Assembly: GCA_946403075.1 (NCBI GenBank)
Contig: CAMIYN010000001.1
Location: 7,014-71,013, forward strand
Length of the DNA: 64,000 nucleotides
From: an uncultured Lachnospiraceae bacterium
Lineage (GTDB): Bacteria; Bacillota; Clostridia; Lachnospirales; Lachnospiraceae
Direction: 5' to 3'
Position numbers and translations under genes: made by a program. Shown here piece after piece: positions 47,177 through 62,100 of this stretch; the first letter of the stretch is position 1; every line of letters begins with the position of its first letter. The notes under the pieces were generated by a model. That model was not told the origin of the DNA. It worked only from the letters and a program-made list of their open reading frames with translations, and ran no database searches.

Positions 47177-50100
47177 AATTGCAATATGATTCTGTTTTTT
47201 ATGATGCCCAAGTCATTTACTTCATACTCTACATTACCATATCTTACTTTTTCATTTATTGCCATCTCCCCTGTCTCTTTAAAGAAATAACTCTCCCCAT
47301 TTATAACTTTGATACCTGTTTCAATGTTTCCATCCCTATCAAAACTATAAATATTTATTTTGTTTCCTATCTTGATTTTATATATGCCATTTCTTAATTT
47401 ATCATCATCTATTATATATTGGAGTTTTCCATTTGCATCTATAAAATTGCCACTGTCGTATACTTTACTGTCTGTTAAAATGTTATTTACACTGACTGCA
47501 TACAACATATTTAATATGTTTTTTGTGGTTTCAAGGTTTGATTTGAAATTGCTACTGTCTTGCAATTGGGCTCGTGGTACTTCGCCCCTACGGCTATCGC
47601 TACTGTCTTGCACACGGGCTCCCAAAGGTTCGCCCCTACGGTTATCGCTGCTGTCTTGCACACGGGCTCCCAGTGGTTCGCCCCTACTATTTATTGGGGC
47701 TTCGCCACTACTATTTAGTTCGGCTTCACCACTACTGCTACTGCTTCCCATCGCATTACTTCTTCTATTGCTCATGTTATTTTCTCTAGTTGTCTGAACA
47801 TTTGGACCTGTAGATGTATTCATGCCTGTACCAAATGGAGTTACATTAATATTTACATATCCTAAACCTCCATCAAGTGTATATGCATATATATATATAT
47901 ATGTATAGTTGTCAAAAGCAGGTTGTCTATCCGTATATGCAGTACCATCATATACTATTACTTGTCCTCCATTCCCTGGTTTTTCTGTCCTTCTGCAAGA
48001 GCATATATATATATACATCATACCCTTATTAATAAATGAATGTCCATCCATATCTAAATCATAGCCATTTAAACAAATTCCTGCATATCCATTTACTGGC
48101 ATATCATCTGTAAGTTTTATATCTTCGGTAAGGAAGAAAAATCCCATTTTAGTACTTTGTGGGTTGTCAGCATCATAAAATGCTGTCTTTAATGCACTTA
48201 CTCCACCTTGAGTTAATGGTTCATATGCAAACTTGCCGACATTCCCTGATGTATCTTGCCCCTTACCATTAGTATAATGCTTATGTGTGTTTTCAAGTTC
48301 AGCTATCAATTCTATACTTCCATCTTTTATGTCTAACAACTGACTTACTGGCAAATCTGTTATGCTATTTGTGTCATCTGGCATCACATAATATCTAGCA
48401 GTTATTTGCCCATTTGCAAGTGCTGTATCTATTGCAGTATCCCCTACATTATTTATTTTATTAACTTTCCACCTATTTATTCTATATCCTGGTTTTCTAA
48501 ATACAGTTTGTCCAATAACATATCTTTGATAATACTTTAATTCTTGCGATACATCACTTCCACTTATCAAAGAATCCGTATTTTTTGTGAGTTTCAATGT
48601 GTATTTATTCTCTTCCCATACTGACACAAGGTTAACTGTATAATTATTATTATTATCGATGTTAATCTTAAAATTATCCGTTGACACATCATATGCTGTA
48701 TTTAATTTAAATGTTTTCGTTCCATTTGTATATCCTACAAGTGTAAAGCCTTTCATCTTCGCACCATCATCTGTGAAGGTTATTTTATTCCCCATTCCAA
48801 TACTTTGTGATGGAACACTAGTTTGGCTTGGTGTCTTGCTATTGCCATCCGATGCTATGCTTCCATTAATTGTAAATGAGAACAAAACTTTAGTTTCTTC
48901 CAAAATTGCTGTAAATATAATTGTTGCTCCATCCTCATTTATGAATTTTTGTATTTTTGCACCTGGATTATACTCGTTCCCAACCATATTATATAAATAC
49001 GAAATATCATTCCCACTCTTATTAAGTACTTTTGTAATCTTCCAACTTTTGATATAACAATTTTCTTTTTCTACGGCATCAGTAGATAATTCTATGCTTT
49101 TATAATATCCTACATTTATGTCATCTGTTACAGATAGAGTAGCACCTTCATCATCAGTATTGTATCTAATGTTATATGTCTTCTCAACCCATATAGCCGT
49201 AAATGTAATTGTTATTCCTGAATCTTCTACTCCCATCTCTATTAGTGATACCTCTGCATTTGGCTCATATTGATTGTCATTTATACTTGATTTCCACCCT
49301 ACAATTCTAAATCCTTCAAGTGTAAATGTATTGTCAGGTTTTAATTTAATTCTCTCACCCTCTACATCATTATATGTTATTGAACTATCACTTGGAGAAT
49401 ATTTTTCACCATTTGACCCTATCCCTTCACCTACATTATATACGAGATTGTATTTTATGCCTGCCAATGATTTCCCTATTATCAACTTTTCTTCGCCATC
49501 TATTATTGTAATCATTGTTGACAAATTCTTTCTAACTCCTCCTGTCTCGGCTCTTATTCTTTCCGTTGGATCTATCTCGTTCAATCCAAGAACTGTCTCT
49601 TCATTAAAGTTATTATATACTACTCCTGTATATGGATCAGCTAATGCTATTTCCATATCTGACTCAGCGAGTTTGAATTTTGAATTACTCTTAGTCTTCA
49701 TAAATCCATCATTTCTCAAACTATATACTTGATGTATTTCTCCATCACTCAAATTACCTATAACCTTGATATTTGCATCACCTATCTCCAAAAGTCCTTT
49801 ACTGCCTACCAACAATCCTGCCTTCTCCCCTGTTCCTACAAGGAATGTATTTTCACTTATATTTATTTGCCCACCTGCTTCAATTGTCCCATACATCTCT
49901 ACTGCTCCTTGCAAGCCATTTAGTGCTACAAACTCATTTCCTACTACATTTATTTCTGAATCTACTTGACTTATCCACTTTGTCCCCTCAGCAGTCCTTA
50001 TCGCATATTTTAAATTCTTATTATCTCTTATACTTACTTTTGCCATTTTTACATTTGTGATTGATTGGTTTATTAGATTTATTACTCCCTCTCCTATCCT

Positions 50101-53100
50101 ATAATTATCTTCTATTGCTATATCGTTCTCAAATTGTAAGGCAGTTGAATTTTCTATTTTGAATATATTTTCTCTTACATCCACACCACTTACTGACATT
50201 GTATTTATTGTGAGTTTTGAATTGTCTAATCTAACAAGATTAGAAAACTCCCCACCCTCTACTATAAATTCTGTTATATATTCATCTACATTTACTTCAT
50301 TTGCATTTATATCACTCAAACTTATTAGCATTTGAGTAGTCTTATATCCTACAAACTTAACTTTTGCAAGTGCAAACTCTACACCATTACCCACAATGAC
50401 ACTATTACTCTTTGTTCCAGTTGTTCTCTGTGTAAATGTTGCATTTATTGCTTTAAAACCATTACCATTTATTATTCTATCTGCTACTACATCTATCTCT
50501 GTCTTTCCATATATTCTTCCTTTTACACCAGTAAATACATTGTTGCTACCTAAGTTTGTATATACTGCCTTTTCTTCTTGACAGTTTGTGATTACCACTT
50601 CATACTGCGAACTTCCTGTTGCTTGGAATCTTACTCCTGTTAAGTTAAACCCATTTAAGCATATTACAAGTTTTCCCCTAACTGTTATCACTGTGTCAGT
50701 ATTCTTTGTTATATCTGTCCCAAGATAATAATACCCTTGTCCTCTTGTTATTGCTTGTTCTACACTATCTGTGTCTCTCCACTCTGCATATACTTCACTA
50801 TTACTTCTATGTTGTGCTACTCCTGTATGTTCACAATCAAGCTCATTTATTTGTCCACAATCTTTATGCTTATGACTTCCATCATCATCTACATATGTCC
50901 ATACTGCTCTCAGTACTACTGTTCCACCATTTACTCCTAACCATTCTCTTACTTCATCTCTTGGCCTAAATGTATTTCCTATCTGAACATTATTACTACT
51001 TACATTATTCCCATTTTTATCTATTATTCTCACTACTTCCCAGCTTGCTGATTTGTAATGTTCTCTTATAAAATTAGATGCTCTTATTATAACTGAATCA
51101 TAATAGTATGGCTCTTGTGTTTCTATTTTACCCTGTGCTGCTTCATGTCCTGATTCATATTCTATCTTATATGTATACTCCTCCCACAAACCATATAGAT
51201 ATACTACATCTACTCCATTTATAGTTTTTCTCGCATAATCCAAATCTGGTATAGGTGAACCTGCCATAAATGCTACTACCTTCTCTTCACTGTATGAAAT
51301 ATTTTCTATCGGAGTCCATCCCACAAACCTAAATTGCTTTGCTTCAAATCTATTATTACTCAACACCTGTGTACTCATTATTGATCTTACATCTTGTGAA
51401 TACTCATCCCCCTCTACTTCTACTGTTCCTCCTCTATGTTTTCTTGCAATTCCACCTCTATACACAATTCTATAACCTTGCACTGTTACTATTTTTACAT
51501 CATCTTCTTCTAGTATTACTGACAATAAATTATAATTATGAAGTCCTGTGTCTGCATTAAATACTTTCTTGTATTCTTCCCTTGCATCCTTGCCTTGTGT
51601 TATATGTTGATTGGTAAACTCTTTATATATTGTTCCAAGTGTTACATTCGTAAATGCCACTGTCATACTTGATTTTGTTGTGTCAAATCTACACCCTTCA
51701 TATGTCTCCAAAAAACCATTGCTATTATTAGCCAATACTTCTACAACTTGCCCAGTACTACTTTCACTTCTATTATTTTTTACATTTAAATATCCATTAC
51801 CTAGTTTTATCACAGAAGCACTATTGCCATCCACTAACCTTAGTCCTATTCCCCTTGTAGTAATGTAATTATTACTTATATCTAGATTCCCAAGAATTAT
51901 CGCTTCTCCATTATAATCTAACCAAAATATAGCATTATTCTCTACATAGTTATTCGCTGTTATTAATCTATTTTTAGTTATTAATATATCTGTATCTAGT
52001 GCTACATGTACATTCCCTGCTCCTTGACTAGCAACTATTGATACTATCCTTCCCCTTCCTGTATTTCCATTTATATCCAGTTTCTTTCCCTGTGTCATTG
52101 TAAATTTTGTAACCTTTAATATATTGCCAGTGTTTGCTGTATTATCTTTTATATCCAAATTTCCATCAATAGCGATTGTTCTTATGTCAAACAAATCACT
52201 ACTTACTGTGTTATTATTTATATAATTATCCCCATTAAATGTAATGTCTGTATTATAAAATATATTTCCTTCACTAACGACTTTCTCTACTACACAATCT
52301 TTTAATACCATTCTACTATCATTTATAACAAACTCATCTATATCACAATCATGAACACTTATTGTATCCCATACATTAAATGAGTTTAGAGCAAATGTAG
52401 CAATACCGCTTGCCTCTACTTGTATATCTACATTATATAATACTGTCGCACTTATTTTATTAAATATATATGCTATATTAGTTTTACTTGTTGTTATTTT
52501 TATTTTTTCTTTTCCACCATATATATTACAATACACCCCACTAAACATTGATAAATTGTTATCTTCATGATTAATTTCTATCTCTCCATACATATCTTTA
52601 CAGTTAGATAGATTTACTATTCCCTCACCATTTATCTCTATATTTTGTAGCATATTCCCCGCCAAACATATATTTAATTCTACATTGTTTGGAACTGTTA
52701 ATTCTGTTATCTTATCTTCTTCCCCTGTAATTTGTGTCAAAAATACATATATTTTACTTCCACTATAAGCATCTGCCACTCTTCTCGTTAAATCTTCTAT
52801 TGCAGCAATTGCTGTATATCTATAATTTGAACTATGACTATCTCCCAAATGATTGCAGCTTCCAGTTACACCACATACTTTATGTGTATGATTTGCATCT
52901 ACTGGCATCCAATTTACTTCAAGTACTACTACACTACCATCTCTCTCTGTAAGTCCACTCTTTTTCATATTAGACCCTATGAGCACTATCTCAGGACTTA
53001 TTACCTCTTCTACTTCTACTCCGTTTTTATCTTTATATCTTACCTTCTTTACTTTCCAACCATTTGCTACTGTCCCCTCTCTTGCCTCATATGTGTTTCT

Positions 53101-56100
53101 CTTTAATCTCTCATCAGCAAAATAACTTCCTGTATCATCATCCATTTTCTCTGTTGTCGTATATCCTGCTGTATATTCTATGCTATACTCTACTTCCTTC
53201 CATATTGCAAATACTGGTACCACTCCCCGCTTTGTCGCAAGACTCGGTATCTCTACTAATGGCTGATAGAGAGTTCCTGTTGTATCAGTCTCCTGTAAAC
53301 TCCAACCCATAAATGCAAATCCATCTGCATAATAATAATTTTCGTTTAATTTTACATTCTCATTTAACTCTGCTAATGTATTGCTTACTACTATTCCTTC
53401 ATCTAATTTAACTTCATGCTCATTTCCATTGAAATCTATTGCCCTTCCTTTGTTATATGTTATTTCATATTCTAGATTTTTCCATACTGCAGTCAAAACT
53501 ATTCTTGCTCCATCTATATCAACAAGTCCTTTTTCACTATTGCCTGTAAATCTTTTACCAAGTATTTCCGATTCTACTAAATCTTTTCCATCAGCATCAT
53601 AAATTTTTGTTATCGTCCAACCCACAAAATCAACTGTTTCTTGTTCTGGATACATATTCCTCAAATCAATATTTTCATAATATTCATACTCTCCATCTCT
53701 AATTGTTACATCTATTATGTCTTCCCTTCCAGATTTAAACTCCAAGTTATATTTCTTGTTAGCCCATACTGCTGTAAGAATTATCTCGCTTAAATCATTA
53801 TTTATACCATCTTCTACTACTTCCCCAACATTATACCTATATCCATTTTCACTTACCCAACCTACTACCTTAAATCCTGCAGCTTTTATTATTTCTGCAT
53901 TTTCTTCTGTTAAATTTGTGCTTAAAACTACACTATCTCTATAATAGGCTATCTGATCAGGGTGTTCTCCCTTTGGTATTACATCTGAACCCCCAACACT
54001 TATCACTTCTGATCTATACTTTATAGTATATGTCTTTTGCTCCCATATTGCATATATAAGTATTTCTTCATCATCCTCCACTTCTTCAAATGCAGCCCGT
54101 CCTTCTCCTGGCTTTGTTATATCGCTTTTACCATTTTCATCTACACCTTCCTTATAAGGGCTCCAACCTACAAGTTCAAAACCATCTACCATATATGGAT
54201 TCTCCGTCTTATTTAAAAATGTTATCACTCCTCCTAACGACTCTACTTCTTTTATATAGTTATCAGGTCCACTTATATCTCTTATACTACCATCTCTCCC
54301 CTTTGCTACTCCTCTTTGATAATTTAACCTATACTTTCTATCTATCGCTTCCCCAGGTATTCCTATCCTTATATCCTTTGTCTCTGTTACATATACTACA
54401 AGCCCTTCATTTTCCCTAACTGAGTTAAATGAAATTCCTACCTGTTCTAATTTATTATTTTGCATTATGAGTCCTCTACCATTTGTCCTATTCGTGAATA
54501 GGACATCAACATCCATCTTGTTATCTGTTTCATTTCCTCTCATAAATGCTTTTACATTTTCACTATATATCCCTGCTCCTATCTTTTCCCCTATCCTACT
54601 CTTTACATAACCATACTCAGTAAAGTCAAGATATGCTGACTTCGTTAGATATATCCCTGATAATATTCCACTACTTAAATCTGTATAATTACTATATTGA
54701 TTATTTATTAACTCTAATCCTGCTCCCTTAAAATATATACTACTATCATCTGTTACTTCCACTATCCCTTGTGGACTCTTATTACTATTAATTGTATTCT
54801 GCTTTATCTCAAATTTATCCCCTACTATATAAATATTCTTTACATCATTCCCTACTGATATTATCTCTCCATTAAATGTTGAATTATTTATACTTAATCC
54901 TGACACATAAAAATCATCAGCACTCTTTATTAATTTACTTCCACTATCTACCTTTGCTTTTAAACTTGTCTTCTCTATCACTACTTTACTTGCTTTCTCT
55001 ATGAAATTTGCATTATTTTTTAATTCAAAATTTCCATCAACTCCATACATCCCTATTTCTCTATTTGTATTTATGAAATATCCATCTACTCCATTTACTG
55101 TTATTCCTTTTCTTCCCATTACATAGATTTTTAAATTATCTCCTATCTTTACATTCGTTAACTTACTTTCCTTTGGCTCTCCATTATACTCACAATTTAC
55201 CAAATATAAAATCCCAGAACCTGTAAAGGTTACATTTGTCAATGAATACCCTGATAGACATAGTGATACTTCATTATTTATTGCCACCTCTTGATTACTT
55301 ATATCTCTACTCAGTGAAAATGCACGGCTTTCATTATTAATATCACTTAATGCATTTATTGCTTTATATTTATATCTTGTTGTATGTTCCTCCCCTATCT
55401 CTTTACAACTTATAGAACAACCTTCCTTTACTCCACATAATAAATGTGTGTGCATATTCTCTATTACTACCATTTCCTCTATCTTGTATTCATTTACTAT
55501 TAAATTCTTATAAAGATTTGTATCTGCTTTAAACATTTCTCTATATTTTGTGACATCCTCCACTGTCTCTTCATTCCAGTTCGTTACTATCGTGCCACTT
55601 CCATCATCAGTAGAAAATGCTACTGTCATCTCTGTGTCCTTTGATAGTTTACCACCTGCACCTTCTACTAACTCTATGAAGCCTTCGCTATTTTCACTGT
55701 AGACTTGATACATAACACCATTTGAATTTCCTTTATTATCTTTTACTTTTATAGTGGTATTACCTGCTTTTATACTCTGAGAAGACCCAAATCTCATAGC
55801 AGCAAATATTCTATTAGAAAAATTGTTTTCTGTTATCTTATTATTACTTATATTTAATTTTACATCATTTGATATATCAAATGCACCATCAGATGAATAA
55901 TCTACAATCGCTATATCTATATTTCCAGCTACGATAGTATTTCCACTTATATCTATACTACTATTTTTTATTGCTACACCATTTCCAATAGAAAGCATCC
56001 CTGCTCTCTCCACTTTAGAGTTTGCTATTTTTATATTTGATTTTTCAATGTTTACATTTTCATTCAATGCGACTAATGGATAATTTCGATTCTCCCCACT

Positions 56101-59100
56101 TATATTTATATCCCCTATAAATTTTACATTAGAAAAATCGTATAATATATTCTCACCATTTCCGCGATATCCACTTATATTTGTTTCACTTATTGTCCAT
56201 CCACTATAATTTTCACCATAATGCACTGCTTGTCCCAAATTCACCGAGCTGCTTGATGACGATAATTCTGCTCCACATACTACTGCTTTCTTGCCAAATG
56301 CCAAACTATCACACTTTACTATTATCCTACTTTTAAGACTTATTAAATTCTTTTCATCAATCTTGCCACACATATATCTTATATATATTCTATCACTATT
56401 TACACCCCTATTAAAATCAGCAAGCTCCCCATTTGTAGCATTTACTACTGCCTCATATTTGTCAGTTTCTGTTATCTCATATAAACTTTTTGAAGTATTA
56501 CTTGCTATCACTTCAACTGCGGATACTGGATAACCAGAACCTTGTGTCGTTGTTTTATATAGATACACAAAATTTCCTTCACTGCATCCTTCATTTAGAT
56601 TCCAAGCATTCCCATCAAAATCTGTTATCGCTACATAATCTTTATTTGATAATCCTGTAAAGTCTTTTGGGTTTCTACCATCATCATTAAACCATCTCTC
56701 TCCTATGCCCCAGATTGCTTCACTCTTATTCGTTGTCATTTGATACCCGAGATACAATTCTGCTCCATCTGTGCCTTGGTTTAAATTTGTCTCAAGCATC
56801 ACATATCCCTTACTATCAAATGTGCTTTTTGCAGTTTGTTTTGACATTTTTAGGATTTTTACATCTTTTATGTATTCGTCTGCTTCCGTTCTTTTTACTT
56901 CTACTTCTACCAATAATTTTTGTATTATATTAACTGTCAAATCTTCACTAAAAATATTCACTGAATCATTTTTTAAAGTTGCATTACTCTTTGTAAAACA
57001 GTTAACTATATTAACTTTTCCACTTCCTTCAAATGAAACTCCTTCTATTTTTTTCCCTCTTAAACACAAATTTAATGTTCCATTTACTGTTATAGTTTTC
57101 TTTTCCACTATATTTTGCTTTAGATAAAAATTACCATTGTCAACTATATCAGATATTTTAGTAACCCCTTCAAACAAGACCTCTTCATTTAAATCTATTC
57201 CATTATTTAAAAATTCTGTTTTTATCTCGCTTGAATGATTACATCTATTTTTTATACATCCACACAAACTATGTGTGTGTGTAGCATTATTCCACACTGG
57301 ATATAATATTATCTTTGACCCTATAGCGGCTCCTGGTATTCCTTTAGTAAGTTTTTCTCTCAACTCAAAATCTATATTATCAGAACCTTCTGTAAGGGTC
57401 CAACCTATCTGTTTTACTTCTTCTTCCTCACTCTGAATAGTCCACATCTTATCAAATAATGTTATAGATTTATCGATAGTAGCATATTGAATAATGCTTG
57501 TTTCTTGTCCATTACCCAAAACACTCTTCCACTCCATACTATCTGGTGCAGATAATCTATATTCTATAATATAATCTTTATTGCCTGCACTATAATCCCC
57601 TGGGAACCACATAGAACTTGGGCCGTAGCCACGACTACTAGGATTATACACCTGAAATTTAAAAGGCATAAGTGGATTATGATTATTAAAATTTGCTCTC
57701 GCCTCCCTTATAGGAAAATCATTATCTGGATAAAAAAATCCTTCTTTCCCATACAAGTAAGCCCAACTATATTGCTTCTTTAACTCATCATCTCCATAAA
57801 TTCTTTGCACATATCCTGGACGAGGAGAGTTGGGGTCGTCGACCCAGTACAAACCTGTTCCATCATATTTCTCAGGAGTGTCTTTGTATATTTCATACAA
57901 GTAGTTTGGTATCAGGTATTCATCGTTATTGTTACTTCTATGAGTTTTTAAAACAATACACCCCTCTCTCCCAAATCGATTATCTTTTGTGACATTACCA
58001 AATATTTGTCTCGTCTCATTTTTATCCTCATATACATATGAAAAAGTAATAGATGAATTCCCTTCATTTGCAATAGGACCACATCTTTTTACATCATCAT
58101 TTTCTAATTTAAATAAATGATCCTTCATAATAAAATAATGATTTCTCCAAGTATCATTTCTATAATTTATTAAAGAGAATGTTAGTCCAGCAAAATAATC
58201 CCTATACGAAGAAATACCTGCAGCACTCATATATCTATCAGGAAACTTTGGAGGCTCAAGAATTATCCAAGGGCTTATTAAACCTCTTTCCATTTCAGCT
58301 TTAGTTCTTCCTATTTCAAGTTGTCCATTTGTGATGTTATACCAATCTCTTAACATAATCACATCCAAAGATGTAGGTCTTATTACATGTGGATCATCTG
58401 TAGTGTGTATAAATGTTTTAAAATGAGTATCATAATTAAATATCCCTTCTACAGATGCAAGGGTATTATCCTTTATAACCAAAGAGCCACCTATTCGAGT
58501 GTCCGTTCCATTTAATCTCATACCAACTGGATATGATGTTGGAGAATACTCTCTACTCTCGTCAATATAGCATGGATTAATATTATAATTACATGTATTA
58601 TTTTGAATTCTGACACTTGCAACAGCCTGAATTGTAGTATAGAGTCTTGCACGATAAGGGCTGGCCTTTATCCATGGTCCCCATTCAACTTGATTTACTA
58701 TACTCCCATATCTTTCAATTGTATAATTTCTGCTTTTGTATATCAAACGAGATCCAATTGTACTATTATTCTCTATGTTTATTGCAGGTGCCCTGAGAGT
58801 GCAATCATAAACTTTTGCCGAAGTAAAATCTTGTACTATATCAATAGAATCCTTTAAATATATGTATTCAGCAAGCACACCATCCCCTACTATTGTACTA
58901 CTTGTCCTTGGTGTGAATACGATGTCAGCATAGTCAAGTGCTGACCCTTCACCCTTTTCTTCAAGTCTAAACTCCATTAAAGAATTCGCATCTTTAGGAC
59001 CTGGCACATATAAATCTCTCAATTCTCTAATTTCATCACCACTAATATACCCATATCCAATTTCCCACTGGTCTTCAGCTTTATTCAACCATTCTCTTAA

Positions 59101-62100
59101 TTCTCTTGATGGATCATAATGTATATAAGGATTATAATCAAAATACTTCCTATACTTTGCATTAATCACTTCTCTCACAAGATAATATTTGTTTTTTTGA
59201 TGACAATCGGAAAATGAAACTCCACATATTTCAACTTTAGGATGATAATTACCATAATCATAATAAGTGCCCTCAGCAATTTTCTCTGGATACAGATTTT
59301 GATTCCCATAATGCCAATATAAGCCTGAAGAACAATTTATAAATTTCACATCACTATGAAGAAAAGTATTCTCAACTCTATATATTTCCAAAATAGGTTG
59401 ATATGCTATAGTTTTTCCTTTATTTGTCATATTAAAATTCATAAATTTAACATCTTTTAAATAAACTTTGTTTAGACCATCAAATAATAGTGGAATATCG
59501 TTAGCAACACTAATCCTACCATATGATTTATAATTCATTTGAAAATCATTATAATCAAATACACAATTATATATATAACATGCTGGATGATTATTTAAGG
59601 TTCTAAAACTTCCTGGTCTTATGTGAACTGGTGCTCTAAATTTTATTCCTCTTAAACTCCATATAAAATTCGGTAGTTTATGTCCATACATATATCTACC
59701 ACACCACCCACAGTATCCTATTTTTGCTCGTTCACCACACTGGTATTTCCAGGGCTTATCCGGTTCCAAGATTGTTTCTCTCCATATATATTCCCAATCA
59801 TCTGCATCAACATATACATCACACCATTTTGTTAAACGATCACTAGTTGGCATAAAATCTATACAACCACGATTAAATTCTTGAGTTCCACCAGATATTA
59901 TACTTAACGAACCAAACCAAGCATTGGGCGAATAGAAAAAACAACTCTTTTCTGGGTTACTATATATTGTTGCTACATTGTTTTTACAGTTATATATATG
60001 TAAAGTAAACCATGGGTTGCCAACAACATAAAAATTTTTAATATTTTTTCCATTTAAGCAAATCGTCATTTCTAAAGAAATACCCCTTTTCAACGGAATT
60101 GGGATTTCACCGTTTACAAAAAAAGTATTCCAATCAAACATATCTTGATCTATATAAAATCGATTGTAGAAAGAAGTTGAGGTGCTATAGGGATGACCAC
60201 CACGAATAAAATGCTCATAATAATAAGCTTCATCATAATACCAATCGATATCCGATATATAATATGGAGTTTTAGGAAATGTAGATATTGGAGCATAATA
60301 ATACGAGTACTTTTTATGATAAGGGTCACCAAATGTCTCGTAAAACTTGTTATCTGCATCATTTTTGTATTTATGAGAACCACTTGAGGGAGTATGTTCA
60401 ACCTCTCCATATTTAATTCCTCTTTTTATATTTGGCAACTCAAAACCATCTTTTTCATTTTCTTCAATCTTCTCCCCATTATCTTCGACAGCACCAAGTT
60501 TTTTACTTCTCGCCACTGTCTCTACTTCTTGTTCACTACTACCCAATATCATTTTTCTAATAATTGTTTTATAATTTTCTATTACTTTTCCTAATACTTC
60601 TTCATCTTTTATATAATTGTTTATAGTAAATATTTTTAATTCATTTTCATCATATTCTTCAGCACCTTCACTTTGCAAAGGCAAATCATCTTGTAGAGAT
60701 GTCGCTTCCGTGTTAATCTCATCATTTTCGATGTTTTCATTTTCTACATACTCTATTTCTGATTTATCCATAGGGACAAAGCTATGTGATTCTTCCATCA
60801 CTTTTTCACCACTTATGTCATCATGTAGAGATGCTCCATCTATACCCACATTTTCTGCATCCGTTTTCGCACCATGCTCTCCATCATTTCCATACTTATT
60901 TTGTCTGTTTGGTACATGTATCGCACTGGACTCATCATTATTTATCTTCATATCATCACTATCGATGTTTTCATTTTCTAAATATTCTGCATCAGCCTCA
61001 AAAATGCTATATTCTTCATCAACTTCGTTTTTTGCATGTTCTACTTCGGGATCCCAAGGATTTGTCTCTTCTGTGTCTTCTTTTTCGTTTTCTTCTTTTA
61101 TTATCCCCTCAAGTTTTAATGCCTCATAACTTCTATCATATAATTCTCTCAAAACACTATTAGCAATTTCTGCTGGCATATATATTGAACTCAATTCTTC
61201 TTTACCAGTATAATTTTCATACTTATCTACACCACTACTTATTGCAGCCTCTACTTCTTTTATCAATCTATCCTTATCTAATTGAAAACTTATCTCAGCA
61301 TTGTTATCTTCATTTTTTATTGATTCTATAACTTCTTTTTCGTTATATATATTCTTCCACACTGCTGGGACAACTACTACTTTTTTAAGCCCATAATCAT
61401 CACTTATTACAACAGACACAATAGGACTGAGAAGTAGTTCTTCGTAAAGCAATGCTTCTTTTATTTCTTGTTCTTCTTTGTAAGGAACAGAAATCTCTTG
61501 CCTTTCATCTGTTCCTTGCATCAAAACTTTTACTATCTTCCAGTTATTTTCAGTTATTCCACTCTTTTGGTTTTTTATAAATAAATCTATATAGTTAGTT
61601 ATGTTTTCATCTATTTTTGTTTCATCATCATTATTTTCTATACTTGCTTCACTTGCTGTAGATGGTGAAGCAGCTGTGCCATTGTCTATAGTATTTATAT
61701 CGGGCACGGGGTACTTCACCTCTACATCATTTGGATTCGCCCCTACAACGGCATCTTCTGCATTTTCTATATTCTCGTTTTCTTCATTTGTCTCATCGGG
61801 CTCGCGATGCTTCGCCCCTACATTATTTTCGTTCGCCCCTACGACTTCGTTGTCATTGTTCTCATTGTCATCAGCGGGCTCCCAATGGTTCGCCCCTACA
61901 TTATTTTCGTTTGCCCCTACAACGGCATCTTCTGCATTTTCTGTATTCTCGTTTTCTTCATATTCCCCATCGGGCTCGCGATGCTTCTCCCCTACGGTGT
62001 TTGGGTTTGTCTCTACAGTATCATCGCTTTTGTTTTCCTTATTCTCATTTTCTAGATATTCTCCATCGGACACGGGATACTTCGCCCCTGCATTACTTGG

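Noticed and set aside
60150-60410. 86-aa minus-strand ORF in an alternative frame inside the giant gene.
   Set aside because: It is fully nested in the 5103-aa frame, has no SD, and is compositionally a frame-shifted echo of the Tyr-rich region.
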